NCBI GenBank assembly: GCA_963823505.1
Contig: CAWGLY010000004.1
Location: 68,807 to 132,806 of the forward strand
Direction: 5' to 3'
DNA: 64,000 bases
Origin: an uncultured Acidimicrobiia bacterium
GTDB lineage: Bacteria; Actinomycetota; Acidimicrobiia; Spongiisociales; UBA5794
The position numbers and the translations under genes were made by a program. How positions within the stretch are numbered: position 1 is the stretch's first letter; each line of letters starts with the position of its first letter. This document shows positions 9,417 to 19,391 of the stretch, piece after piece. The notes beneath the pieces were generated by a model. It was given only the letters and a program-made list of their open reading frames with translations. It was not told where the DNA came from and ran no database searches.

Positions 9417-10313
9417 ATGAGGGACCGCCGCGGCACCCGCCGCCTTGGAATCGTGCTGTTGTTCGTTCTGGTCGCATCGATGGTTGCCTCGGTCGCCCAT
9501 GCGGCGCCGGCTGCCGGCGTGCACGAGCAGGACGTCGCCATTGCCGCTGGTGACCACGACATACCGGGCACGCTGACGATGCCGCAGGGCGTGCGCGGTC
9601 CGGTGCCTGCCGTGTTGATGTTGCACGGCTTCGGCAGTTCCAAGGACGAGGTTGGCGACATGTACGCCAGGGTTGCCGAGGACCTTGCAGCGCTCGGTGT
9701 CGCCAGCTTGCGTATCGACTTCGCCGGAGCTTCGGATGCCGCGCAGCCGTGGGTGGACAACACCTACGACGGCATGGTGGCGGACGGCAGAGTTGCCTTG
9801 GATTGGCTGATCGACCTCCGCCGCGTCGACGATGACCGCGTTGGCCTGCTCGGCTTCAGCCTGGGGACCAAAGTGGCGATGTCTGTGGCGGGCACCGATC
9901 CTCGGGTGGCGGCCTTTGCGTCGTGGTCGGGAAGTGCGGCCAACGGGAGTGAGGATTTCCAGTTCTACTTCGACGAGTACTACGACGATGCCCTGGCCAA
10001 CGGTTCGGTGGTGGTCGACCTCGGCTTCACCGTTGTCGAGCTCAGTATCGAATGGTTCGAGACGATCGCGGCCTCGAACAACCTCGATCTCATCGCCGGC
10101 TACGACAACCCGATCCTTGCCATCGCCGGCTCGGACGACGCCACGGTGGACCCTCGCTGGTCGAGGACGCTCATCCATGCCGCAGGCAGCGACGACACGA
10201 CGTTGCGGATCATTCGCGGGGCGGACCACATCTATCACGTGCTCAGTCCCGACCAATCCTTCGCCGAACGGGTGATGAGTCTCACCGCCAAGTGGTTTGC
10301 GTCACGCCTCTGA
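9417..10313 (+). CDS. secreted alpha/beta hydrolase (dienelactone hydrolase/peptidase S9-like)
   Basis: Signal peptide present. The nucleophile elbow is GFSLG, and HGFGSSKDE is present. Alpha/beta-hydrolase length. Confidence 0.7.
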   Translation: MRDRRGTRRLGIVLLFVLVASMVASVAHAAPAAGVHEQDVAIAAGDHDIPGTLTMPQGVRGPVPAVLMLHGFGSSKDEVGDMYARVAEDLAALGVASLRIDFAGASDAAQPWVDNTYDGMVADGRVALDWLIDLRRVDDDRVGLLGFSLGTKVAMSVAGTDPRVAAFASWSGSAANGSEDFQFYFDEYYDDALANGSVVVDLGFTVVELSIEWFETIAASNNLDLIAGYDNPILAIAGSDDATVDPRWSRTLIHAAGSDDTTLRIIRGADHIYHVLSPDQSFAERVMSLTAKWFASRL

Positions 10314-10349
10314 GGTGACGCGTTTTCCGCCGCACGCCTGAGGGCCGTC

Positions 10350-12035
10350 TCAGCGGCCGGTGCGGGCACGGATCCTGCGGAGCTGTCCGATCCTGCAGTC
10401 CACGAGGGTGTCCACCTCGGCGGAGGCGGCCGCATGGCCACTGACGGCTTCGACGAAGGCCTTGCCGTCGAGCTCGTACAGCTCGACGTCGGTGAGGGTG
10501 CGCACTGTGGCGGTGCGTTGCACGTGACGCAAGAGAGCGATTTCGCCGATCACGTCACCGGCACCCAAGGTTGTGACGAGCTGGCCATCGTGGACGACCG
10601 TCACCTCACCCGATTCGACGACGAAAACCGCGTTGCCGGCCGCACCCTCGCTGATGATTTCGGTCCCGGCGACAACAGTGCGCTGAGTGAGGCGCCGGGC
10701 GATGCGCTCGAGCGTGGGCACGGGCAACGCCGAGAACATGGGGCTGCGACGAAGCGTGTCGAGGCGTAGGTCGGGCACGTCGACCATCGCGTCGACCTGT
10801 TGCAGCTTCACGAGCACGGCAAGTCCGGCGACCGCCCCGATGACCCCGGAGCCGATCAGCGCCGCCTGCACGCCGAAGGCAACGACTCCCCACGACGCCA
10901 ACGCGGCGCCCACACCGAGAGCGCCCCAGTAGACACCTTCGAATGCCCCGAGCACCCTCCCCAGCTCGTCTTCCGGCACGGTGCGCTGGACCAGGGTCAT
11001 GGCGGCGATGTCCACCTGCGCTCCGGCGACGCCAATGGTGAAATGGGCGATGAGCACCGCAGCGGACACCGGAAGCAGACCATTCGCCGCCAACCCCAAT
11101 CCGAACACCACCACGCCGAGGGCGAGGTAGCGGCCGAAAGGTCGATTGCGGGCGAGCGACGCCATGGCGATGCTGCCGGCCAAGCCGCCGATGCCGAGCA
11201 CGGCGTTGAGCCAGCCGACACCTGCCTCACCCCAATCGATGAGATCAAAAGCCACCACTACCAGCAGCACTTCGCTGACGCCGACGAGGATCGACTCGAA
11301 CGCCCAAGTGCCGATCACCAACCCGGTGCCTGGGTTGCGCCGTATCGCCTTCAGTCCGTCGGCGAACTCACGCACGAAGGCGTTGGCGGTGCCTCGATCT
11401 GACGGCGGGCGACGATCGCTGTGGAGGTTGCCGGCCAGCCCGGCCGCGCCGAGCAAGACGGTGGCCGACACTACGAACACCCACGACGGCTCGGCAACGA
11501 GCAGGATGGCAGCGGCGGTCGCAGGCCCGATGATCGTGCCCAGGTTCTCGGTAGCGCTGGCCAGCGCGTTGGCCGTCGTGAGGTCGCTTGCGCTGCGAGC
11601 CAGCTCAGGCACGAGCGCGCCGTAGGCGGGGTAGAAGGTGGAGGCTGCGACTGCGTCGAGCGCAGCCAGCACGTACACGATGGTGGCAGCCGAGTCGGCT
11701 GAGATCGTATATGCCAGCGCCGCTGCGGTAGCCGTTCTCGCAAGGAATCCCATGGCGAGCACAGTCGACCGGGAGCGGCGGTCGGTGACCACGGCGACCA
11801 GCGGGCCGGACAGCAGCGCCGGCAAGGTTCGCACCACGGTGATGACTCCGACTCCGGCGGCGCCGCCGATGTCGAAGGCGTACACCGACAACGCGACAAG
11901 CACGGCGTACTCGACGGTGTTGTGGGCAAGGGAGGTGAGCTGGAGGCGGCGCAGGTTGCGATCGGCCACGCCGCTGCGGAGCGACGCGACCCGCAATTTC
12001 AGATGAAATACGATGGACGCCAGGTGGCGGGACAC
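10350..12035 (-). CDS. MFS transporter fused to a C-terminal cyclic-nucleotide-binding (Crp-like cNMP) domain
   Basis: About 12 TM helices (MFS), then GTEIISEGAAGNAVFVVESGEVTV...GAGDVIGEIALL, which is typical of a cNMP-binding beta-barrel. An alternative GTG start lies at 11969. Confidence 0.7.
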   Translation of the reverse strand: MSRHLASIVFHLKLRVASLRSGVADRNLRRLQLTSLAHNTVEYAVLVALSVYAFDIGGAAGVGVITVVRTLPALLSGPLVAVVTDRRSRSTVLAMGFLARTATAAALAYTISADSAATIVYVLAALDAVAASTFYPAYGALVPELARSASDLTTANALASATENLGTIIGPATAAAILLVAEPSWVFVVSATVLLGAAGLAGNLHSDRRPPSDRGTANAFVREFADGLKAIRRNPGTGLVIGTWAFESILVGVSEVLLVVVAFDLIDWGEAGVGWLNAVLGIGGLAGSIAMASLARNRPFGRYLALGVVVFGLGLAANGLLPVSAAVLIAHFTIGVAGAQVDIAAMTLVQRTVPEDELGRVLGAFEGVYWGALGVGAALASWGVVAFGVQAALIGSGVIGAVAGLAVLVKLQQVDAMVDVPDLRLDTLRRSPMFSALPVPTLERIARRLTQRTVVAGTEIISEGAAGNAVFVVESGEVTVVHDGQLVTTLGAGDVIGEIALLRHVQRTATVRTLTDVELYELDGKAFVEAVSGHAAASAEVDTLVDCRIGQLRRIRARTGR

Positions 12036-12143
12036 AGAACTCCCAGGTCCGGCGAGACCTTAGACGCCGGCGTGGTGAACGTTCCGGGCACTCGAATCGA
12101 CCGTGGGCATCCGGCAGAGGTTCACCCCATGGGATCCTCGCCG

Positions 12144-12881
12144 CTACGCACCCACCGCTCGAGCCGCCAACGTGGGATACGGCATCGACGTCGCAATCCC
12201 GAATTCCTGCTCGATGCGACGGCAGTAGTTTCTGTGCTCCAGGAGCGCCTCGGCGTGGCGGCCGTCGGCCTCGAGGGCGATGACGAGCAGTTGGGCAAAT
12301 CGGTCGCGCAATGGGTGGGTGTGCACCAGGTCACGCAGCTTGTCCAGGATGCAACTGGCATCGCTCAGACGGATAGCGGCCTCACACACATCGGCGAGCG
12401 CCGACAGACGCAGCTCTTCCAGCCGCGCCACGGCATGATTGAGGAACTCCGCGTAGTGGAGAGTGCCGAAGGCCGGCCCCCGCCACAAGCCGAGTGCCGC
12501 GTCGAGCGTGCGTCGGGCGCCGGCCGGGTCGTCGCCAAGCTGGATCCGGGCCATTCCCGAGAGCCGCTCGAAGCGGACAACATCGGTCTCTTCCGGATCG
12601 ATCGCAAGCAGGTAGCCGCCCGTGGTGGTTTGCACGGCGTCGGCCACAGCAGGTGCGAGCGCACGGAGCCGACTGACGTAGACGTGAACAGCATGCCCGG
12701 GATCTCTCGGAAGATCGTCTTCCCAGAGCGCTTCGATGATGACGTCGATCGAGACCTCGCGTTGTGGATGGAGAGCGAGCAGGGTGAAGACCGTCCGCAC
12801 CTGCCGCCGATGTATTGCGGTTTCTGTGCCATCCAACTCGAGCCGGATTGGGCCTAGGAGACCGATGTTGATGCCGCTCAT
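12144..12881 (-). CDS. SARP/AfsR-family transcriptional regulator (OmpR-type winged helix plus BTAD)
   Basis: INIGLLGPIRLE...RRQVRTVFTLLALH winged-helix region, followed by a BTAD helical domain. Start at MSGINIG. Confidence 0.75.
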   Translation of the reverse strand: MSGINIGLLGPIRLELDGTETAIHRRQVRTVFTLLALHPQREVSIDVIIEALWEDDLPRDPGHAVHVYVSRLRALAPAVADAVQTTTGGYLLAIDPEETDVVRFERLSGMARIQLGDDPAGARRTLDAALGLWRGPAFGTLHYAEFLNHAVARLEELRLSALADVCEAAIRLSDASCILDKLRDLVHTHPLRDRFAQLLVIALEADGRHAEALLEHRNYCRRIEQEFGIATSMPYPTLAARAVGA

Positions 12882-13009
12882 GTCGTCCCCTCTGAAAGAC
12901 GCTCCAGGTGCCGGGTCCTCGTCAGGATGCCCGGACGCCGTCAACCTACGGGAGCGAGCTTGGAAACGACTTGGAATGGGCGGCGCCTCGTACGACTGCG
13001 GTCGAGGCC

Positions 13010-15673
13010 TCAGCGGTCGTCACCGCAGGCAGGGTCAAACCGGCTTTCGCCCATCACGTTCGGCCAGCTCCGCGACAGGTCCCAACCGTCGAGCCACTCG
13101 CAGAGCCGGTCGGGCCAGAGCGTCCACTGTGAGTCCCACACCACGGCTCCACCGTTGATATCGACGGCGACGAGTTCGCGTCCCTCGTCGGCGAACACCA
13201 TCGCTCGGACCGCCCCCGAATGGCGCATCTCCCCGACCTGACTCCACGTTGCGACTTCCCACAGACGGATGGCGTTGTCCTGGCTACCCGAGGCGAGCGT
13301 AAGCCCGTCCGGCGACACGGCCATGCCTCGGATGGCGTTGGTGTGGGCGCTCCAGTCCCGGACGACCGTGCCGGTACCCGCATCGACGACAGTGATGACT
13401 CCCAGTTCGTCGCCGACCGCGACGAGGCCATCGCCCAGCGCAACCACTGCATTGGCCTCGTTTTCGACGATCGGGACATCGATCGTCTGCGTACGGGTCG
13501 TGAGGTCCCAGACGCGCAGATGCCCGTCGGCGCCGGCGGTGGCGAGGGTCTCATCGTCGAGGAAGGTCGCTGCCTTGAAGCCTTTGCGGTCCTCGACGGG
13601 CAAGCCAAAGGCGGGGTAGAGCGGCTGCAACGTGCGGGGATCTCTGATCACGATCGTGTAGTTGCCGCCAACGCTGACGACCGCTTCGCCACCGGGCGCC
13701 GTTTCGATGTCCCAGACGCCGCCCGGATGATCGGCCAAGAAGCGGACCCCTTCTTCGTCGGCAACTCCCAATTCCCCCTCACTCGTCCCGAAATACGCAG
13801 AACCGGGCTCGAGTCCGCTGGTCACGGAAAAGACGTAATCGTCGAGATCGAACGAACGGCCCTCTCCGCTGCTGCGGTCCCAGTGGTAGATCCCCGCCGC
13901 TCCTCCGATCCACGTTGCTTGATCGGTGACCACAACTGACCGGTAGTCGGCGGCGATGCTGCTGGGTGGCGGTTCGGTTCCGAGATGCAGCCGATAGAGA
14001 CGAACGCGATCGCTCACCGCTGCGACGAGAGAGTCGCCACCGGGAGAAAGGGCATGATGCTGCGTCGCCAGTGCTGTCGTGCTCCCGATGGGTACCGGGT
14101 TCGCCAGGTTGCCTTCGCTGTACGTCCACACCAACACCCCACCGGTACCGGACGAGATGAGTGTCCGACCGTCCGGCGAGAAGGACAGCGATCTCTGCTG
14201 GGCGTCCAGCGGGCCGATCGGCAGTCCGACCGGGGCCAGTGTGCCGGCGTCCCGGACGACGAGGGTCCGGTCTTGGTGCCCGGTGATCACATGATCGTCA
14301 CCTGGTGAGAAGGCCGCGCTCCACACAATCTGCTCCAGGTCCCCGAGGTGGTACGCCAGCAGATCTCCGCTCCTGATGTCCCAGGACGCAATCATCAGGG
14401 GAGAGCCCATCGTCAAGAGCCGCTTCCCATCTCCGCTGACGGCGACACGTCGGATCTCGAGCGTCTCGGCCCGTGTCTCCGACTCGGATAGGGGGATCTC
14501 GTCGAGGGCGTATTCCAGGACCATGGAAGGTCCGCCTGGTCCGACGCTGAACAAGGTCACCGAAGCCGTCGTGGCCACCACCACGGCGTCATCTGGGGCG
14601 ACCACGATGTCGACGATGAGATCGTCGGTGTGCATGATGGGCGTCGCGGCGCGTTGATCGACGTCCCACACCAGGATGTTCCCATCGCTGTCGCCCGTCA
14701 CCAATGAGCCATCGTTCGTGAAGGCGATCGCCGAACCATGACCCGAGAGTGGCAGCTCGCCCAAACGGGCCCCGTCGGCGACATCCAGCAGCACCACCTG
14801 ATTGGCTGCACCGGTCACGGCGGCGACGCCGCGGTCCCAGTCGACGGCAACGTGCCCGGCAGCGGATTCGCCGTCATCACCAACCGCTGCACCCCACACC
14901 TCGCGGCCGTTGACGATCCGGCCGATGGGAATCAAGGCCGTCGGCGACGCCTCGATGGCATGCGACTCTGCCAGCCCTATCGCTGCCCCTTCGGTATCGC
15001 CGATGGTCATGAGGTATTCGGCGTCGCCAACCAGCGCAAGTGCCGCCAGCGAGCGCGCCCGTGTCGCCGATGAGGTCGCAAGGACGGCAAGCACCATGGC
15101 GATGAGCGCGGCCGAAGCGAAGGCTCCCATGATCACGCGGCGGCGGGTGCGGCGGGACCGTGCCTCCTGGTCTCGGTGGGTGATTCCCGCATCGATGAAC
15201 TCGCGCTCTGAGCTGGTCAATGGGAACACTGGTTCTGCGGACCACTCCTCGAACTGCAGGAGCCGCCGGCCGCGGGGGAGCAGGTCGGCGTCGCGGGAGC
15301 CCTTCTCCCACTCGTCGACGGCCGCCGTCAGCCGGCGCTGGATGATCAGAGCCTCGCGTTGTTCCGAGATCCACGTCCTCAGCAGCGACCACTCGCGCAG
15401 CAGCGCCTCGTGAGCGACCTCGACCGTCGGGCCGCGGGACACCGGGTCGCGGTCAAACGTCACCAGCCGGGCTTCCCCGTAGTCGCTCAGCACCCGATCC
15501 AGCCCTTCTCTGTCGAGCCCGAGACTGCGAAGCTCAGACAGGCGGACTCGATGCCGCACGTCGTCGGCGTCATCGGTGACGGACACCAAGCGGAGGAACA
15601 CCTGCCGTGCGACCGCCTGGGTCGGCGCATCGAGACTCGGCGTAGATCTGCGTGGCTCGCTGTTCGACGGCAC
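13010..15673 (-). CDS. C-terminal part of the same giant protein: STAND helical region, transmembrane segment, WD40 beta-propeller repeats
   Basis: It begins, in the adjacent frame, with QAVARQVFLRLVSV, the canonical continuation of nSTAND NTPases. Multiple WD40 repeats end in WD/WS dipeptides (IRLWEV, LRVWDL, ILVWDV). Confidence 0.7.
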   Translation of the reverse strand: MPSNSEPRRSTPSLDAPTQAVARQVFLRLVSVTDDADDVRHRVRLSELRSLGLDREGLDRVLSDYGEARLVTFDRDPVSRGPTVEVAHEALLREWSLLRTWISEQREALIIQRRLTAAVDEWEKGSRDADLLPRGRRLLQFEEWSAEPVFPLTSSEREFIDAGITHRDQEARSRRTRRRVIMGAFASAALIAMVLAVLATSSATRARSLAALALVGDAEYLMTIGDTEGAAIGLAESHAIEASPTALIPIGRIVNGREVWGAAVGDDGESAAGHVAVDWDRGVAAVTGAANQVVLLDVADGARLGELPLSGHGSAIAFTNDGSLVTGDSDGNILVWDVDQRAATPIMHTDDLIVDIVVAPDDAVVVATTASVTLFSVGPGGPSMVLEYALDEIPLSESETRAETLEIRRVAVSGDGKRLLTMGSPLMIASWDIRSGDLLAYHLGDLEQIVWSAAFSPGDDHVITGHQDRTLVVRDAGTLAPVGLPIGPLDAQQRSLSFSPDGRTLISSGTGGVLVWTYSEGNLANPVPIGSTTALATQHHALSPGGDSLVAAVSDRVRLYRLHLGTEPPPSSIAADYRSVVVTDQATWIGGAAGIYHWDRSSGEGRSFDLDDYVFSVTSGLEPGSAYFGTSEGELGVADEEGVRFLADHPGGVWDIETAPGGEAVVSVGGNYTIVIRDPRTLQPLYPAFGLPVEDRKGFKAATFLDDETLATAGADGHLRVWDLTTRTQTIDVPIVENEANAVVALGDGLVAVGDELGVITVVDAGTGTVVRDWSAHTNAIRGMAVSPDGLTLASGSQDNAIRLWEVATWSQVGEMRHSGAVRAMVFADEGRELVAVDINGGAVVWDSQWTLWPDRLCEWLDGWDLSRSWPNVMGESRFDPACGDDR

Positions 15674-18557
15674 CGCGAACTCCGCCGACGCTGTTGTAGG
15701 CGGCGACGGTGATCGAGCCGTCGGTCGATGCTGCTACCAGACCGGCCAGCACGAACTGCATGAGCGGAAGTGCCCCCGGTTGGCCGCGCACGTCGGCCAC
15801 GATACGATCCGCCAGCCCCGGCTCGAGACGAATCCCTGCGGCTTCAGCCGGGCGGACGATGGCCTCGGTGAGCTGGTCGGCGTCGGGCGTTCCGATGGCC
15901 AGGTGCGCATCCCGGACTCGCCCAGACAGCATGTCGTCGACGAGCGGCCGGTCGAAGAAGTCGGCGCGTATCGTTGCGACGACCTCGAGCCGTGACTGTG
16001 GAGCATCCACAGCCTCGACGAGCGCCGCGACGAAAGCCCGGCGAGTGGCTTCGTCGGTGAGCGAATACAACTCCTCGAACTGGTCGATGACGAGCACGAG
16101 ATCGCCGCGGACTCCCTCCACTATGCGTGCGACGAGCCGCGAGAGCCCATCCACATGTGAGCGAAGACTGTCCGCAGCATTCTCCAGCGGCGTCGTCGCG
16201 ACCCGGCCCAGTGCGGTGGCGAGCTCATCGAACGGATGTTTGCCCGGCGTCATCACCACCGAGGTCCAAGTTGCGACGTTCCGGCCATGGTTCGAGGACA
16301 ACGCCGGCAGCAACCCGGCCCGCACCAGAGAGGACTTGCCCGATCCCGACGGTCCGACCACCGTCACGAACCGATGGTGGGCGACGAGGTCGGCGAGCTG
16401 CTGGATCTCGGTGTTCCGTCCGTAGAAGTCGCGGGCGTCCGCGACGTCGAATGCGGCCAGTCCCTTGTACGGGTTGCGTACCGCCACGGCAGCTACCGGG
16501 CCTGGGGAGACCGACAGGTCGCCGGCAGACTGCAGCGCCTCCAGGAACTCGCCAACGGACCCAAAGCGCTCACTCGGGTCTACGGCGCAAGCTCGCCGCA
16601 GCGCGTCGGCCATGCCGTGGGGGAGCTGGTCGGTGCCGGCGGTGTCGGGAAATCGACCCGTCAACAAAGCGACAGCCACCGCTCCGAGTGAGTAGATGTC
16701 GGTGCGCTCGTCGATGGGATCCCCGGAGCGCTCCTCGGGCGCCCGGAACGTGGGGGCCGTGGTCGGAATCTCGGAGACCTGTTTCAGGGTCGGTAGGGCA
16801 ACGCCGAAGTCGGCGACATAGGCATTGCCGTCCGCATCGAGGAGGATGTTGGCCGGTTTGATGTCGCGGTGGATCACCCCCTCCCGGTGGGCGTAGCTGA
16901 GCGCCGAGCCGACCTGAGCCAGCAACGTCATCGCACGCTCGACGGTCATCTCCCGGTCGGTTGCGTCGGCCAGGCTGCCGCCTGCCATGTGGGGCATCAC
17001 GAAGTAGGCCCCTTCGGCGTCACGCCAGAAATCGTGGAGGGAGACGATGTGGGGGTGCTCCAGCCTGGCGACGAGGCGGGCTTCGCTTTCGAACCTGCGC
17101 ACGTACTCGGGGTGGTTGGCGAAGTCGCCACGGATTGCCTTGATGGCGACCTCGCGGCCGACAGACGGCTGGTATGCCCGGTAGACCACGCCGAAGCGGC
17201 CGGCGCCGATCCGTTCTCGCAGCTCGTAGCCGCGGATGGCGTCGCCGGACCCACGTCCCATCTCGGTTGCGGAGGCGTCGGTGCGGAGAGCTGGGAAGTC
17301 GGAGTTCATGCCCTCTGCAACGAGTTGATACGCCGGCAGCGGCGCACCCAGCCCACGAAAGCCATGCTCGCCGAGGTTCAAGATCTGGATGCCGGCCTCG
17401 CTACGCAGTGCGTCCCGGGCCGCCTCAGTCAGGACGATTTGGCCAGGATGACCGGCGGCCATGAACCGCAACGCTCGGAGTAGCGGGGGGCCGTGGAAGT
17501 CACCGGCCTGGGCCTCCACCTCTCCGGCGTCAATCGCCATCCGGACCTCGACGGGCACGAGTCGGTCCCCTTCTGAGTTGAGCCGCCGATGGGCTGCGAC
17601 CGCCACCGTGGCGGCAGATCGCACGTCGGCAAACGCCGCCACGGTGGTGTCGCCGGTCCTGCGAAAGATCCGACCGCCGGCTGCTTCCACTGCGTCGGTG
17701 ATGACCCGGTCGTGAAGCGCCATTGCTTCGCGTACAGCCTCGCTGCGGAGCTCCCAGAGCTCGGCCGGCACCGAGACGTCGACGGCCAGGAACGTCACGT
17801 TCTGGGTCACCACGTCAGACGCACGCAGCAGATCCGGATCGTGGGTCAAGATCCGATGCTCGAGGTCCTGCAGTTCTGGCGAAGGGTCGACGCCGAGTTC
17901 TTCAACGAGCACATCACGGGTCGCCTGATAGGCGCGCAACGCTTCCGCTTGGCGCCCGTCGCGATAGAGGGCGAGCATGTGGCGCGCACGGGACCCTTCG
18001 TTCAGTGGGTGCTCCGCTGCCAGTGCTTCCAACTCGCCGATCACCTCACGGTGCCGGCCGTTGGCGAGATCGGCGTCGATGCGCGCCATCACAGTGGCGA
18101 TCCGCAAGTCCTCGAGTCGGCGCACTTCACCCTCGAGGCCTGGCACGTCGACGAGGTCCGCGTACGGCCGTCCCCGCCACAACGACAAGGCCTCCCGTAG
18201 CCGCTCGGCAGCTGCGGGTGCGTTGGTCGCCACCAGATCACGACCTTCGCTCGCCAGGCTCTCGAAGAGGACAGCATCGATGTCACCAGGCGTGGCCTCG
18301 AGTCGGTAGGTGCCGCCGTTCCGTTCGATACCGCCACCCAACACCGCTCTGAGGTTTGACACGTAGGAGTGGATCGAAGCGCGCACGGCACTCGGTGGCG
18401 ACTCACCCCACACCCCGTCGATGATCTGGTCTGTGGACACGGGTTTGGTGGCGGCGGCGATCAGCATCGCCAACACCGCACGCTGCTTGGGTCCGCCCAG
18501 TGGTGCAGGCGTCCCGTCGGACTCTGCAGCCATCGGCCCCAGCACCAGGAACCTCAT
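15570..18557 (-). CDS. N-terminal part of a giant signalling protein: SARP/BTAD, class III adenylate/guanylate cyclase, Ser/Thr protein kinase, STAND P-loop NTPase (reading frame broken at its 3' end)
   Basis: SARP region: MRFLVLGPMAAESDG...WRGRPYADL. Cyclase domain: VTFLAVDVSVP...RRTGDTTVAAFAD. Kinase motifs: GAGRFGVVYRA, HRDIKPANILL, DFGVA. Walker A: VVGPSGSGKSSLVRAGLLPAL. The ORF ends at a frameshift; see the finding. Confidence 0.75.
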   Translation of the reverse strand: MRFLVLGPMAAESDGTPAPLGGPKQRAVLAMLIAAATKPVSTDQIIDGVWGESPPSAVRASIHSYVSNLRAVLGGGIERNGGTYRLEATPGDIDAVLFESLASEGRDLVATNAPAAAERLREALSLWRGRPYADLVDVPGLEGEVRRLEDLRIATVMARIDADLANGRHREVIGELEALAAEHPLNEGSRARHMLALYRDGRQAEALRAYQATRDVLVEELGVDPSPELQDLEHRILTHDPDLLRASDVVTQNVTFLAVDVSVPAELWELRSEAVREAMALHDRVITDAVEAAGGRIFRRTGDTTVAAFADVRSAATVAVAAHRRLNSEGDRLVPVEVRMAIDAGEVEAQAGDFHGPPLLRALRFMAAGHPGQIVLTEAARDALRSEAGIQILNLGEHGFRGLGAPLPAYQLVAEGMNSDFPALRTDASATEMGRGSGDAIRGYELRERIGAGRFGVVYRAYQPSVGREVAIKAIRGDFANHPEYVRRFESEARLVARLEHPHIVSLHDFWRDAEGAYFVMPHMAGGSLADATDREMTVERAMTLLAQVGSALSYAHREGVIHRDIKPANILLDADGNAYVADFGVALPTLKQVSEIPTTAPTFRAPEERSGDPIDERTDIYSLGAVAVALLTGRFPDTAGTDQLPHGMADALRRACAVDPSERFGSVGEFLEALQSAGDLSVSPGPVAAVAVRNPYKGLAAFDVADARDFYGRNTEIQQLADLVAHHRFVTVVGPSGSGKSSLVRAGLLPALSSNHGRNVATWTSVVMTPGKHPFDELATALGRVATTPLENAADSLRSHVDGLSRLVARIVEGVRGDLVLVIDQFEELYSLTDEATRRAFVAALVEAVDAPQSRLEVVATIRADFFDRPLVDDMLSGRVRDAHLAIGTPDADQLTEAIVRPAEAAGIRLEPGLADRIVADVRGQPGALPLMQFVLAGLVAASTDGSITVAAYNSVGGVRGAVEQRATQIYAESRCADPGGRTAGVPPLGVRHR

Positions 18558-18807
18558 ACGGTCACCCTGAGAGGCTCAGCGGATAGGCGAGCCTCTTGGC
18601 GAGCCGGCCGTTGATGCCGGGGCCTGAGCGGCCCGCCCGAAGGGCAGGAGCGGACAGTATCTCTTCGTCCGGCGAGACGACAGCTTGCCCTATTCACTCG
18701 GCTCCTACGCGGCGGCCGCAATCGACAGTCCTGCACAGCCGACTCCCCTCTGTCACAACTACGACCCTACCGAAGGCGGCTTGAAGAGATCTTGGAACGG
18801 GTCTCGG

Positions 18808-19131
18808 TCAGTACAGGATGTCGAGTGCGTAGCGAAGCGCCCGGTCGACCGCCATCCGTTGGCCCTCATCGAGGCGACCGACGGGAGCGTCGTCGAGCGA
18901 ACTCGCAGGCACCGTGATCACGTTGTCACAATTCACTGCGCACGGTTCTGGGAGGCCTTGATCGGGCCCGATCTCGACCTCGGACCGAATCCCCCTGATC
19001 GTGCGTGTGATCGGAGCACACGTGACCGAGGTCAGCACCGCGATCGCTGCGTTTCGTGTGAGTACACACACAGGCCTTCGACCAGCCGGCGGGCCGAGGT
19101 CAGCCCAGTAGATGTCGTTGCGAGCTACCAC
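18808..19131 (-). CDS. mazF: type II toxin MazF/PemK-family mRNA interferase
   Basis: DIYWADLGPPAGRRPVCVLT is typical of MazF. It overlaps the upstream antitoxin by 7 nt. Confidence 0.75.
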   Translation of the reverse strand: MVARNDIYWADLGPPAGRRPVCVLTRNAAIAVLTSVTCAPITRTIRGIRSEVEIGPDQGLPEPCAVNCDNVITVPASSLDDAPVGRLDEGQRMAVDRALRYALDILY

Positions 19132-19370
19132 TCCGGGGCGGTTCCGGCAGCAAGTCGGCGAGCGGACTCAATCAACGATGGATCGGCTGGTTGGCGCCGG
19201 TAGGCAGCGACCAACTCCTGGTCGGCAGTTGCGAGTTCTTCGGCGCTGATCAATGCCTGGGCGCCTCGGCGGAGCAGCTCCGATCGGTTGGTGCCCAACC
19301 GAGTCGCGAGCGCGTCGAGTTGTTCGACGAGAGCATCGTCCAGCTGCACGAGAACTTGCCGTCTGGCCAT
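19125..19370 (-). CDS. mazE: ribbon-helix-helix antitoxin (MazE/CopG-like)
   Basis: An 81-aa RHH-type protein (MARRQVLVQLDDALVEQLDALA) immediately upstream of and overlapping mazF. Confidence 0.65.
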   Translation of the reverse strand: MARRQVLVQLDDALVEQLDALATRLGTNRSELLRRGAQALISAEELATADQELVAAYRRQPADPSLIESARRLAAGTAPEW

Positions 19371-19371
19371 G

Positions 19372-19391
19372 ACCATATGGTATCACATATG
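19372..19391. promoter_or_regulatory. two adjacent palindromic half-sites CCATATGG / CATATGG at the mazEF start (candidate antitoxin operator)
   Basis: The sequence ccatatggtatcacatatgg lies directly upstream of the mazE start codon. RHH antitoxins autoregulate through such repeats. Confidence 0.5.

Noticed and set aside
15709-16425. ORFs 15709..16425, 16127..16861 and 17723..18352 inside the giant gene
   Set aside because: These are alternate-frame artefacts of a GC-rich coding region. The Arg/Pro-rich translations have no domains.
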